Below, in pieces: positions 15,189 to 24,583 of a stretch of 29,939 nucleotides of DNA; positions within the stretch are counted from its first letter, which is position 1, and each line of letters starts with the position of its first letter. Location: positions 1-29,939 of IMG/VR virus record IMGVR_UViG_3300020045_000828; one strand, 5' to 3'. Position numbers and translations under genes: made by a program. The notes under the pieces were generated by a model. The model was not told where the DNA came from. It saw nothing but the letters and a program-made list of their open reading frames with translations, and did not search any database. Source of the DNA: a virus (taxonomy: Duplodnaviria; Caudoviricetes).

Positions 15189-15566
15189 ATGTTTTGTGTA
15201 AGTGATTCAAAGAAGAAACAAGGACATTTCTGTTGCGCTTATGCTTGTACAAATAAAGCAATACACAAGAAAGGCGGACTTTGTCACAAACATTATGCAA
15301 GAAAACGCCGTGAAGAAGACCCTGTTTATTCGCGTTATAATCAATTCAAGAACAATGCAAAGAAGCGGAACAAAGATTTCACAATAACAGTTCCGCAATT
15401 CCGCCAATTCTGCAAAGAAACAGGCTATTGCATTGACAAAGGAAAGCGCGGACAGAACGCCACTATTGACCGGATAAAAAATAAACACGGTTATCACATT
15501 TGGAATATCCAACTATTAACAAACAGACAGAACGCGTCAAAAGGAACTTCTGATTGTCCTTTTTAA
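15189..15566 (+). CDS. Zinc-finger plus HNH-like endonuclease
   Basis: 'C.AYAC...GLCHKHY' finger, then 'TIDRIKNKHGYHIWNIQLLT..QNASKG' (DR-type HNH variant). Confidence 0.7.
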   Translation: MFCVSDSKKKQGHFCCAYACTNKAIHKKGGLCHKHYARKRREEDPVYSRYNQFKNNAKKRNKDFTITVPQFRQFCKETGYCIDKGKRGQNATIDRIKNKHGYHIWNIQLLTNRQNASKGTSDCPF

Positions 15567-15575
15567 TTTAATCTT

Positions 15576-15773
15576 ATGGAAACTTTTATCAAAAACGTTG
15601 CTATCATGCGACAAATGCAAAACGCCTATTTCAAATCAAAAGAACAATGCTTTCTTATTGCTTCAAAATTGGCTGAAAAGAAAGTTGATGACTTCCTTCA
15701 TGAAAAAGGCTTCTTGACTGGACACGTTGCCAAAGTTGAAAAAAATGAAGACCAACAACCAACACTTTTTTAA
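15576..15773 (+). CDS. Hypothetical protein
   Basis: 65-aa operonic ORF ('VAIMRQMQNAYFK'). Confidence 0.7.
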   Translation: METFIKNVAIMRQMQNAYFKSKEQCFLIASKLAEKKVDDFLHEKGFLTGHVAKVEKNEDQQPTLF

Positions 15774-15775
15774 TT

Positions 15776-15889
15776 ATGAATCAAGAAATTAAAACGGACT
15801 TGAAGCTTAGAAGAAAAGTGTTCATTTCAATTATTTTTATTACTGTCTTTTTTTGGACTTTTATCTATTTTTTAATAACTAAAATCTGA
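15776..15889 (+). CDS. Small single-pass membrane peptide (37 aa)
   Basis: MNQEIKTDLKLRRKVFISIIFITVFFWTFIYFLITKI: basic N-terminus plus one TM helix; fills the gap exactly. Confidence 0.55.
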   Translation: MNQEIKTDLKLRRKVFISIIFITVFFWTFIYFLITKI

Positions 15890-15892
15890 ATC

Positions 15893-16183
15893 ATGAAAAA
15901 AATTCCACCACCTGAAAACCAACTTCAGGAAGTTCTTTTTGAACTTGTCAACAGGCTTTTTATTGACCGCCGGACAATGATGTTGTCTTGTGACGTCTTC
16001 AACCTTACAGCGCAAATTTCAGCATTAAGGAAAGAAGGCTTGAACATTGTTTCAAACCGGATTGAATATGTCAATAAGTTTAAGCGGAACTTCACCTTTG
16101 TTCAGTACCGCCTTGAAGATAAAAAGGAAGCCGTTCTTTTTTATTTGAAGATGCAAGAAAAACAAAAAAAGCTTCTTCTGTAA
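15893..16183 (+). CDS. Winged-helix DNA-binding protein
   Basis: 'VFNLTAQISALRKEGLNI...FVQYRL' fits a phage wHTH pattern. Confidence 0.65.
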   Translation: MKKIPPPENQLQEVLFELVNRLFIDRRTMMLSCDVFNLTAQISALRKEGLNIVSNRIEYVNKFKRNFTFVQYRLEDKKEAVLFYLKMQEKQKKLLL

Positions 16184-16299
16184 TGGCACATATCCAGAAA
16201 AGAAAATGTTCAAATTGTAAACTCTTTAACGCTTTCAAGTTTCAGATTTACTTTGAATTTATGGAAATCAATTCTTGTCCTGATTATAGGCGAAAATGA
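16183..16299 (+). CDS. Small Cys-containing peptide (38 aa)
   Basis: TAATG overlap with the upstream gene; MAHIQKRKCSNCK...CPDY. Confidence 0.45.
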   Translation: MAHIQKRKCSNCKLFNAFKFQIYFEFMEINSCPDYRRK

Positions 16300-16397
16300 T
16301 TTAATATTAAACTGTTTTAAAATCCTTTTTACTATTATGAAAAAGTCGTTTTAATATTTCGCGGGACATTGAAAAGGCTTTATTCAATACTGAAAGA

Positions 16398-16640
16398 TTG
16401 AAGATGAAGAAGAATAAAGATTTAATTCTTGAAGTAATACAAATGAGAAACGAAAAAAAAGACCCAGTCCAAAAAATTGCAACAAGAAACAAGGCTTCAC
16501 CGCTTGACAATTGGAACAATTTTGAACCATTCACAAACAATTCATTGACAGAAATATTCAGTTCAAACAGTTTTGACGGCGTGAAAATGAAATTCAGGTT
16601 TGTTGTTTTAACAATAAACGGACGCCACAGAACGGAATAA
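16398..16640 (+). CDS. Hypothetical protein, start uncertain
   Basis: Frame is open from 16341; codons are genome-typical; same strand as its neighbours. Confidence 0.4.
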   Translation: MKMKKNKDLILEVIQMRNEKKDPVQKIATRNKASPLDNWNNFEPFTNNSLTEIFSSNSFDGVKMKFRFVVLTINGRHRTE

Positions 16641-16692
16641 TTCAAAAAGTAAAGTTTATTTATAAAAAAAATCATTTAACAACCAAAAAATC

Positions 16693-17103
16693 ATGAGTTT
16701 AAACATCAAAAAACAAAGACAGTATTTGTACAAAATGACCTTCATGTTGTGGAACGTTGAACAACGCCTTTCAACCTTCCAAAAATCAGCAATTGAAGTT
16801 TCCCTTGCGGTTAATAAGTTTGGAACTGAAGCAAGTGACGCCAACTTCAACAAGCTTTGTGAAAACGTTTCAGACATTGAAACAATGATTGAAGTAATTG
16901 AATTGACCTTTGCGCCCTTGCGTGAAGAAGTTGAAAGAATCAAGAAGCAAAAGCTTGTTGTTCTTCAGCGGACAACAAGATTGAATCAAGAAGCAAACGG
17001 ACTTGAAGAAAAAGCCGGATTAATCAAGAAGGAAGCGTCTGAAGTATTTCAAAAATTGAATCAGAAGAAATCCTTTTTTCAGAAGTTGCTTTTCTGGAAA
17101 TAA
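16693..17103 (+). CDS. Degenerate MazG-like (all-alpha NTP-PPase fold) protein with coiled-coil tail
   Basis: 'LWNVEQR...QKSAIEVSLAVNK...KLCENVSDIETMIE...VERIKKQKL' tracks the MazG-like pattern with several acidic ligands replaced. Confidence 0.5.
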   Translation: MSLNIKKQRQYLYKMTFMLWNVEQRLSTFQKSAIEVSLAVNKFGTEASDANFNKLCENVSDIETMIEVIELTFAPLREEVERIKKQKLVVLQRTTRLNQEANGLEEKAGLIKKEASEVFQKLNQKKSFFQKLLFWK

Positions 17104-17125
17104 AGAATTCACCACATAGAAACAC

Positions 17126-17159
17126 AAACGCCGTTAAAATCAATTTAACGGCGTTTTTT
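17126..17159. terminator. Rho-independent, probably bidirectional terminator between the convergent arms
   Basis: Perfect 13-bp inverted repeat AAACGCCGTTAAA / TTTAACGGCGTTT with a 5-nt loop and a following T-run. Confidence 0.9.
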
Positions 17160-17236
17160 GCATTCACACTATACATTCACACCACAAAGACAGCTTTAAT
17201 TCATTCACTGTCTTCTTTTGTGCCTTCATTGCCTTT

Positions 17237-19711
17237 TTAAGCTGTTGCCAAACTTTCAACAACGCTGACATTGTTCCGCACTTGATCAATTTCCGCAACG
17301 CTGACAACAGGCGCGGGAAGGCTCGCGTTTGCTTGTGCTATTCTTGACGCTAACAAATCATAGTCAATCAAACCTGAAGCCGGAATTCCTGAACTTGTCC
17401 CCGCAATCCCACCTGAAGCAAACTTCTTTCCGCCGCCCGCAACGTTCAAGACTGAAAGCAAAGGCGCAAACATTGAAGTTGATTTTTTATTGATCAAAGC
17501 TTCACCGCCTTCAGCTTCAAAACCCAGACGCCCGCCAATTGAAAAAGGAATTCCGCCTTGACCGTGACTTCTTCCTTTCAGAATGTCACCTTTTGAAAAC
17601 TTTTCTGAAACGCTTGTTATTTTCTTCACCGCGCCCAAACCTGAAGCAAGTGTCACACCTGTTGCAATAACCTTTGAAGCCGTGTTGAATGGTTCAGGCA
17701 AAACAGCGGGTGCTTTCCATACTTCAGTAATACCCTGATAAGTGTTGATAGTAGCTTGCGCAATTCCGGCGGCTTTTCCGGCGGCTGTATTTTCACCAAG
17801 CAAAGTTGCAATTCCGCCGAACATATCAGCATAAGCTGAAAGCCTTTCTTGCGTGTTGACTTCATCAATCTTCTTTTGTTTTGCCGCGTATTTCTTATTT
17901 ATCAATTCAAGGCTTGCGCCTGTCTTTTCAGCGGCGGAAAGTTCCGCTTGTCGTTCCGCTTCAAGCTTCCTTGTTTGAATGTCAAGTTCATTGTTGCTTG
18001 TTTCTTCCAGAATAGCAAGTTGATTTTCCCTGTCAATCGCTTCTTGTTCAAGTTTGGCTTCTTTCCTTGCAAGTTCAATGTCATCCCTTGCGGCTTGATT
18101 TTCGTCATTTATTGCGGCAATGGCTTCATTGTACTGAACTTGATTGATTGTTCCTTCAGCAAGTTGTTTTGCGGCAAATTCGCGGCGTTTGGCGTCAATT
18201 GCGTCAATCCTTTTTTGTTCTTCAGCGGCGGCGGCGTCTGAAAGGAATTTATCATTGTCAAGTTTTGATTTGTTTGCCCTGATATATTGGTTCAATTCAT
18301 ATTGCGCCAATTCAACAGCCGCTTCAGCTGCCTTTTTTGCTTCTTCCGTTTTCTTCTTCAAGGCTTCTTCAGCTTCTTTTTCCTGTTGGTCTTTGATTTC
18401 CTTTGATTTGTCAGCCGCTTCTTTTTCAAGGGAAAGACGGTTTTGAAGTTGTTCAGAAGTTTGACCTGTGATTCTTTCTTGAATGTCAGCAATTTCAGTT
18501 TCAGCTTCAGCGCGCTTGTCTAAAGCGTCCGCCGTTTCACCTTCAAGTTTGATTCTTAAATTAGCAAGGTTCAAGGCTTTTTGAGCAAGCGCAAGTTCTT
18601 CTTGACTTTGCTTTGCAAGAAGCTTTCCAAGTTCTTCATTTGCCTTCATTCTTTCACCCATTGATAAGCGTTCATTGTCACGGATTTGACGCAACTTTTC
18701 AGCGTCCTTCTGATAATCAAGCTGAACTTTCCGCGCAATCCGTTGCGCCTTTGTCAATTCAAGTTCAGCGTCTGCAAGTTCTTTGCTTGCTTGAACTGAA
18801 TCCTTTATTCCTTGCGTGAAACCCGCCATGTTGTCAGCGGCTTTTTCAAGTCCCACAAATCGCAAACCCTTTTCAATTGCGTTCAATGTTTTATACATTC
18901 CTTTTTCAACGGCTTCAAAATAAACAACAAGACCATTGACAAGGAAGTCACCAAGCGGTTGAAGGAATTTCAAAAGACCCGTTGCAATTCCTGAAAAAGC
19001 TGAAAAGGCGCGCTTGATTGAATTGGTTGACTTTTCTGACATATTCATTGCGTTCTTCACCAAGTAGAAAGCAACAACAATTGCCGCAAGTATAGCACCA
19101 ACAGGCGTTGCAATAAAAGCAAGTGAAGACTTTGTCAACGTCTTCATTCCAGTTGCCGCCGCCGTCATTCCGCCCTTCACCATTGCGCCCGCGCCGCCCG
19201 CCGCCGTTGAAGCTGTGATCAAACCTTGAAGGCTTAAATCTGAAGCGTTGATTCCTTGCGTATATTCACCTATTTTGTCTTTTGAAGAATTGAATTCAGA
19301 ACCTTGATCACGCAAGGCTTTTGTCTGTTCATCAATTGCCGCGTTCAGCCTGTCACGCAAAGCAATTTCTTCTTCAGAAGTTCCTATTATATTTTTTGAA
19401 ATCTGATTCAACTGGCTTCTTGAATCCCTTAATTCTTGCGTTGACTTTCCTTCAACTTGCATTGATTTTGTCAAGTCCTGATTCACCGCTTCCAATGCTG
19501 AAGCAAACTGTTGATTGTCCCTGTAAGATTTATTTAGGTTTTTCAATTGCGCTTCATATCTCAGGAACGCCGCCGCGCCTTCTTCCGTTGACCTGTCAAG
19601 TTCCTTCTGTGTTCCCTTGATTCCGTCAATCTGTTTTTGAAGTCTTAAACTTTCCTTGATAACGTCATCAATGTCAATTGTCAAACTTGCAATGTTTACT
19701 TTTTCAGCCAT
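17237..19711 (-). CDS. Tape measure protein
   Basis: 824-aa Ala/Glu/Lys-rich coiled coil with a hydrophobic segment ('TPVGAILAAIVVAF') and C-terminal 'G.SHGQGG...EAEGGE.LIN'. Confidence 0.85.
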   Translation of the reverse strand: MAEKVNIASLTIDIDDVIKESLRLQKQIDGIKGTQKELDRSTEEGAAAFLRYEAQLKNLNKSYRDNQQFASALEAVNQDLTKSMQVEGKSTQELRDSRSQLNQISKNIIGTSEEEIALRDRLNAAIDEQTKALRDQGSEFNSSKDKIGEYTQGINASDLSLQGLITASTAAGGAGAMVKGGMTAAATGMKTLTKSSLAFIATPVGAILAAIVVAFYLVKNAMNMSEKSTNSIKRAFSAFSGIATGLLKFLQPLGDFLVNGLVVYFEAVEKGMYKTLNAIEKGLRFVGLEKAADNMAGFTQGIKDSVQASKELADAELELTKAQRIARKVQLDYQKDAEKLRQIRDNERLSMGERMKANEELGKLLAKQSQEELALAQKALNLANLRIKLEGETADALDKRAEAETEIADIQERITGQTSEQLQNRLSLEKEAADKSKEIKDQQEKEAEEALKKKTEEAKKAAEAAVELAQYELNQYIRANKSKLDNDKFLSDAAAAEEQKRIDAIDAKRREFAAKQLAEGTINQVQYNEAIAAINDENQAARDDIELARKEAKLEQEAIDRENQLAILEETSNNELDIQTRKLEAERQAELSAAEKTGASLELINKKYAAKQKKIDEVNTQERLSAYADMFGGIATLLGENTAAGKAAGIAQATINTYQGITEVWKAPAVLPEPFNTASKVIATGVTLASGLGAVKKITSVSEKFSKGDILKGRSHGQGGIPFSIGGRLGFEAEGGEALINKKSTSMFAPLLSVLNVAGGGKKFASGGIAGTSSGIPASGLIDYDLLASRIAQANASLPAPVVSVAEIDQVRNNVSVVESLATA

Positions 19712-19722
19712 GTCTTTATATT

Positions 19723-22700
19723 TTAAATGTGAATTCTTGAAACATTTACTTGAACGTCATCCGTGTCAGTCAATCCAAATTCATCAGTCACGGTCAAGCG
19801 TAAAGTGTAATTCCCTAAATTTTCCTCTATGTTTTCACCTTCAAGGCTTGCAAAAGGACTTGAAAAAGATTGTATCAAATCAACTATTGAACCCGCCGGA
19901 CTTGATATGATTGACCATACATAAGAAACAATTTCACCTGTATAGTCATAAGATGCTGAACCGTTAAGGCTGACAAAAATATCAAGATTATAAACTTCAG
20001 GCAATGGAAGAACAATGTTTTGATCTGTTCCGGCGTTTGCAACAGGCGGTTGATTCACAGTTTCAAGAACATTTGCGGTCAATGTTCCTGTCAATAATCC
20101 ATAAGAACCGCTTCCGGCGTCCGCAATGGCAAAGACCCAGCTTTTTGAATAAGCGTCAAGACCGCCCAAAACTTCAACAGCCGTCAAAGCCAATGCTGAA
20201 GCGTTGATTTCCGTTTCAGCGTTGATTGTTACACCGTTTTGTTTAAGCAAAATATCAGCATTGAAGCCGGAAATGATCTTGATTTTTAAAGGAATGTCAA
20301 GTTCTGGGTCTTCATATCCTGTTGAAAGGTTTGCAAGTGTGACCGTCCGTGAAGAACCGTGACCCATATTGAAAGAAAAGCTTCCAATTTGTGAAGGCGG
20401 TTGATTTGTTGGAAACTCTTTTATTTCAATTGCTTCAACTGAAGAAATCTTTCCGGCTGTATGCTGAACAGAATTCAAATAATAAAACCGCCCTGTTTGC
20501 TTCAGGAATTTAAGCCTGAAGAAGTCAAGGTTGAAAATGTCAATTGTTGAAAGGTTTACTTTTAAACTTACTTTCTTATAATTTTCAATCATGTTTTGAA
20601 AAGCTTTGTAAAAGTTTCCCAAAAAATATTGCATTGAAATAAAATCAAGGTTCAGATAAGGAACATTTGTTGAAGCTGTCACGCCTGTGACTTCATTATA
20701 AAAATAAGCCGTGACAGGTTTGTCAAGCCTATTGACGTGCATAATCTTCAAAGGCGTTTCTTCATTCACCGCTGTAATATATTCAGCCGTTTCATATTCG
20801 TACAATTTAGGAATTTGAGTGTCATAACCTGAGACCCTAATTGTTGTGCAATTCGTAGGAATATACAAGCCGCTTTTTTCATACTCATTTAATGAATTAT
20901 ATCCTTGAATATAATATGAAATGAATGTGTCATTTATATCATAAAAACAGACAAAAGCTGAACCTGTAAAATTGACGCTTCCTGTTGCTTTGTATGTTTT
21001 ATTTATTGGGTCAATATTGTTGAACGTGTAAACATTCCACAAAGAACCGTCATTTGTTCCTTCGTATAATCTTGCGTAAAAATTTGAACGCGTAACACCA
21101 ATAAAATTTGCATTTGCCGGAACTGTTATTGAATCGCTGTATTCGTCCGGCGTTGTTGGGAAAACGCCACCAACAGAAACAAGCGTTGTACAAGCACTAT
21201 CTTCATAAAACGCCCACTTTGCGATATAAGCATAAGAAGAATATATCTTTCCAACCAGCCGCCGCAAATTGCCCGCTTGTACCGGATAAACGTCAACATC
21301 AAAGCCGCCGTTTGCAACAAGCGCGCCGTTTGAATGAATGAAAAAATCAGCAATCAAATTTGAAGGCGTCAATTTATTCTTGTTCCCATTTGTCAACAAT
21401 AAACAATCTGAAACTTGTCCGTCATTGTTCAAGTCAGTTTCAACAACAATTGTTCCTTGATTTTCTTCACCCCAAACAGGTATAAGAAACATCTGTTCAC
21501 CGTTCACGCTTCCAGACTTCACCGGAATTTCAAAAGGACTTGAAAACATTGGCTTTTCTGTGTCCGCGTTTTCATTCTGAATGTTCATTTGTCCGTCATG
21601 TGTAGGAACAACAGTTGCTTCAGGATATGAATAATTTGCTTTGTTTGCCTTTGCATAACCTGAAACATATTTTTCACCGTCTATTTCAGACAATTTTGAA
21701 GTCCAATCTTCAGCCGTCAAGCGGTCATTCAATAAAGCTTCAAGCCTTTTGAATTTGAATTCACCTGTGTTCTGGACTGGGTGCAAAACAAGACCGTATC
21801 TGTTCACAACATCCTTGATGAATTCAAGCTGTGTCATGTCACCAATATAGTCAGAAGCCTTGACAACTTGACCGCCTTCTTGAAGATACAAGGAAGCGTC
21901 AATTGTTGCTGAATAATTCACCATAAACGTTTGATGTTCTGGGTTTTCATAGTCAAATGAAGAACCGCCTGAAATCTTAAATGAAACAACGTCACCAACT
22001 TCAGCGGCAAAAGTGATTTCTTTCAATTTTGAAAGACTGTTCCCTTCTTCCAGATATATATAAGATTTTGAAGAACCGTTCAATTGAAATAAAATACTTG
22101 CATAGGTTCTATAAAGACCGTAAGCAATTGACAAATCAAGCTTATAAGTTCCGGCAACTGTGAAAACAATGTTTCCGGCAACAACTGAAGCACCAATCAA
22201 AGCGGCGTTTGTCATTGTGAAACCTTTTTCAAAATTGATAAATTCATTTGATGTTTTATAGTCTGAAACTTGATTTGATTGCGCGCCGCCTTTCTGTGTA
22301 CTTTGAAGCGTCCCAAATTCAACCGAATAGCCGCGTGAAGGCGTCAACACTTCTGAAAGATATTTTTCATTTGTGGTGAAGAATTCACCCTGACAGGAAA
22401 GACCGTTGCTTTCAAAAATCCTTCTGAACAATGTATGTGTAAATATTGAAGGCGCGTGTTTTTCAATCTTCAAAGAAGAAGAAGACGCGCCGCGCCCATA
22501 GTTAGCAATTCCATAAATGAAACCTTCTGTGTTCTGAAAACTGTCAATGAAGGATTGTGATGTAATAATATGATTCAAGTCTTCAAGCGGCAAATCAATA
22601 AGCTTCTTGTCCTTCAATGTTTCTGACAAGCTTCTTATTCCGTCAATTATATTCAACTGATAAGAGTCTGAAGTTTCCCTTATTATTGCTGAACCGTTCA

Positions 22701-22950
22701 AAACTAAATATATATTGTCAACAACATAGTCCGCAACAATGGCTTCATAAGGCTTCCGGCTTGTGTTTCCGATTGTTCCCAGCATATCAAAAAGCTGAAT
22801 GTTCCTTGATGTTTTCGGAAGGCTTATTGTATATGAAAAGGAAGACTTTCTTTCAGCAACTTCAGACACTTCTGAAATTTGAATCTTCCTTGTGATAGGC
22901 TTATCATTCAAGTCAGCCTTAATTTTGTTTAAAAATAAACTTTCAGACAT
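19723..22950 (-). CDS. Tail hub / central tail protein with inserted beta modules and a C-terminal PKD/Ig-like domain
   Basis: N-terminal 'SFSYTISLPKTSRN', 'MTQLEFIKDVVNRYGL', 'YYLNSV'; C-terminal 'NQPPVANAG.DQ...LNGSASYD..GEIVSYVW...GNYTLRLTVTD..G'. Confidence 0.75.
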   Translation of the reverse strand: MSESLFLNKIKADLNDKPITRKIQISEVSEVAERKSSFSYTISLPKTSRNIQLFDMLGTIGNTSRKPYEAIVADYVVDNIYLVLNGSAIIRETSDSYQLNIIDGIRSLSETLKDKKLIDLPLEDLNHIITSQSFIDSFQNTEGFIYGIANYGRGASSSSLKIEKHAPSIFTHTLFRRIFESNGLSCQGEFFTTNEKYLSEVLTPSRGYSVEFGTLQSTQKGGAQSNQVSDYKTSNEFINFEKGFTMTNAALIGASVVAGNIVFTVAGTYKLDLSIAYGLYRTYASILFQLNGSSKSYIYLEEGNSLSKLKEITFAAEVGDVVSFKISGGSSFDYENPEHQTFMVNYSATIDASLYLQEGGQVVKASDYIGDMTQLEFIKDVVNRYGLVLHPVQNTGEFKFKRLEALLNDRLTAEDWTSKLSEIDGEKYVSGYAKANKANYSYPEATVVPTHDGQMNIQNENADTEKPMFSSPFEIPVKSGSVNGEQMFLIPVWGEENQGTIVVETDLNNDGQVSDCLLLTNGNKNKLTPSNLIADFFIHSNGALVANGGFDVDVYPVQAGNLRRLVGKIYSSYAYIAKWAFYEDSACTTLVSVGGVFPTTPDEYSDSITVPANANFIGVTRSNFYARLYEGTNDGSLWNVYTFNNIDPINKTYKATGSVNFTGSAFVCFYDINDTFISYYIQGYNSLNEYEKSGLYIPTNCTTIRVSGYDTQIPKLYEYETAEYITAVNEETPLKIMHVNRLDKPVTAYFYNEVTGVTASTNVPYLNLDFISMQYFLGNFYKAFQNMIENYKKVSLKVNLSTIDIFNLDFFRLKFLKQTGRFYYLNSVQHTAGKISSVEAIEIKEFPTNQPPSQIGSFSFNMGHGSSRTVTLANLSTGYEDPELDIPLKIKIISGFNADILLKQNGVTINAETEINASALALTAVEVLGGLDAYSKSWVFAIADAGSGSYGLLTGTLTANVLETVNQPPVANAGTDQNIVLPLPEVYNLDIFVSLNGSASYDYTGEIVSYVWSIISSPAGSIVDLIQSFSSPFASLEGENIEENLGNYTLRLTVTDEFGLTDTDDVQVNVSRIHI

Positions 22951-22953
22951 TGT

Positions 22954-24060
22954 TTAAAGTTTTGCGGTTATTTTTTCAGGCAATTCAACTATCAAGGAAA
23001 TGTCATTGCTTCCTTTTTTATTGTTGAAAGAAATTGTTCCGTCAACAGAAACATCAATGAAGCTTCCTTCAATATAAGCGTCCTTTGACGTGTACATTTG
23101 AATCAAGGGACTTGTGAAAATGTCCTTTAAATTTTCATAGTCTGTTGATTCATATTTTGATTTAAGAATCAAACTTGCTGAAGCTTGCTTTCCTGTGCTT
23201 TTGAACAGTCCTGTTGCGTTTCCAATATTGTACAATTCATCATTGTAAACTTTTCCCAGTTCATTGCTTTTAGTCTGTTCAATAAAGTATTCATTGAACA
23301 GGAAATGACTGAAGCCGCCGCTTCTGTTGAACCATTTCAGGAAGACGCCTGAACATTTCTTCTTTTTGGTCACAATTACGTTTGATTGAAAGACGCCGTC
23401 TTTGTACAATTCAAGCTTGTTCAATCCTTCAATCAATGGAAGGATATTGTCATCAGTCCAATTGTTCGCGCCGCCCCTGTCAATGGCAATCCTGAAAGAA
23501 TCAGAAGCCGTTGCTGTCATGTTTGGCGTTTCATTGGAAGTGTTCAGGCTTTTAAGCTTCAGGACTGAATTCAAAGCAACTTTCTGAACATCAAAATGAA
23601 AAGGAAAGCCTTCAAAATAGGTCAAGAAATGATTCACACCGTCCGGCGTGTAGGTCAATAACTGTGACGGGTTTGAATATATTGGTTCAGCAATTTGCTT
23701 GACAGCCTTGAAAAATTCATAATTCTTCACAAGTGTTTCATTTGTGGCGTCATTATATACTTTAATCTGAATTTGTTGCAACAAATAAAGACCTGTTATT
23801 GACTTCCAGAAGACCGCTGAATCAAAGTTTGAATCTTTGAAGCCGTTCTTGTTGAATATAAATTTGACAGCTTCCTTTAGGTTGAACAAATAATTCCCGT
23901 CTAAATCAGGATAAACAAGGAAGACGCGCGGAAAAGTCAAGACCGGATAAACAGTAATTTCCGCCCGATTGTGACCCGCCAAATCAGAAGTAAATTCAAG
24001 GAATGAATCATTGTAAGCCGGATAAATTCCAGACGGTTCTTTTGTCATGTTGATTGCCAT
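22954..24060 (-). CDS. Distal tail / baseplate-type structural protein
   Basis: 'VFLKWFNRSGGFSHFLF' and 'DIFTSPLIQMY' resemble Bacteroidota siphophage tail proteins; precedes the hub gene. Start set at ATG 24060. Confidence 0.55.
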   Translation of the reverse strand: MAINMTKEPSGIYPAYNDSFLEFTSDLAGHNRAEITVYPVLTFPRVFLVYPDLDGNYLFNLKEAVKFIFNKNGFKDSNFDSAVFWKSITGLYLLQQIQIKVYNDATNETLVKNYEFFKAVKQIAEPIYSNPSQLLTYTPDGVNHFLTYFEGFPFHFDVQKVALNSVLKLKSLNTSNETPNMTATASDSFRIAIDRGGANNWTDDNILPLIEGLNKLELYKDGVFQSNVIVTKKKKCSGVFLKWFNRSGGFSHFLFNEYFIEQTKSNELGKVYNDELYNIGNATGLFKSTGKQASASLILKSKYESTDYENLKDIFTSPLIQMYTSKDAYIEGSFIDVSVDGTISFNNKKGSNDISLIVELPEKITAKL

Positions 24061-24064
24061 ATCT

Positions 24065-24583
24065 TTAAACGTTTTTTGCAAGAACTTCAAGTTCAGCCCT
24101 TACTTGATTTATTAATTTATTTACATTCAATTCTGAAATCCTGTCAATAATTTGGTTGATTCTTGCGGGTGTTATTACTTGTTCATAAACCTTCAACCAT
24201 GCTGAAGGCTTTGTTCCTTCTTCATGAATCTTTTTTGTGATAGCGTAAGCAATACCCCTGATAAGGTTTTGCTTTCCTTTTGCCGTCAATTTTCCGGCTT
24301 TTGAAAGCGCGCTTTGTGCAATTCCTTTGTTCCAAATCCATTGTCTTATATTATCAATAAGATATTTTTCACCGCTTTTGTGTCCTTTCTTTGTCTTTCC
24401 GCGTCCGGCTAAATAAGTGTAACCCCTGACAGTTCCTTTGACCTTGAAAGCTGAAAATTCATAAACAGCTTCAAGACCTTCTTCAAATTGTCCTGACACT
24501 TTCCTTCCTGAAGATTCATAAAGGGAAACAATATCTTCCAGAATTGAACTGATTTCTTCTTTTATGACGTCTTCATTTGTCAT
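24065..24583 (-). CDS. Putative neck / tail completion protein
   Basis: Basic protein with 'IRQWIWNKGI...IAYAITKKIHEEGTKP' in the neck gene cluster. Confidence 0.5.
   Translation of the reverse strand: MTNEDVIKEEISSILEDIVSLYESSGRKVSGQFEEGLEAVYEFSAFKVKGTVRGYTYLAGRGKTKKGHKSGEKYLIDNIRQWIWNKGIAQSALSKAGKLTAKGKQNLIRGIAYAITKKIHEEGTKPSAWLKVYEQVITPARINQIIDRISELNVNKLINQVRAELEVLAKNV

Noticed and set aside
17849-18446. Antisense ORFs within the tape measure gene (and similar shadows elsewhere in the ORF track)
   Set aside because: They are mirror frames of long coding regions with Phe/Ser/Leu-rich translations and no promoter or motif support.
19700-19740. Programmed tail-chaperone frameshift upstream of the tape measure gene
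   Set aside because: The gene before the TMP is the hub protein, and no G/GT-like ORF pair with a slippery site was identifiable.
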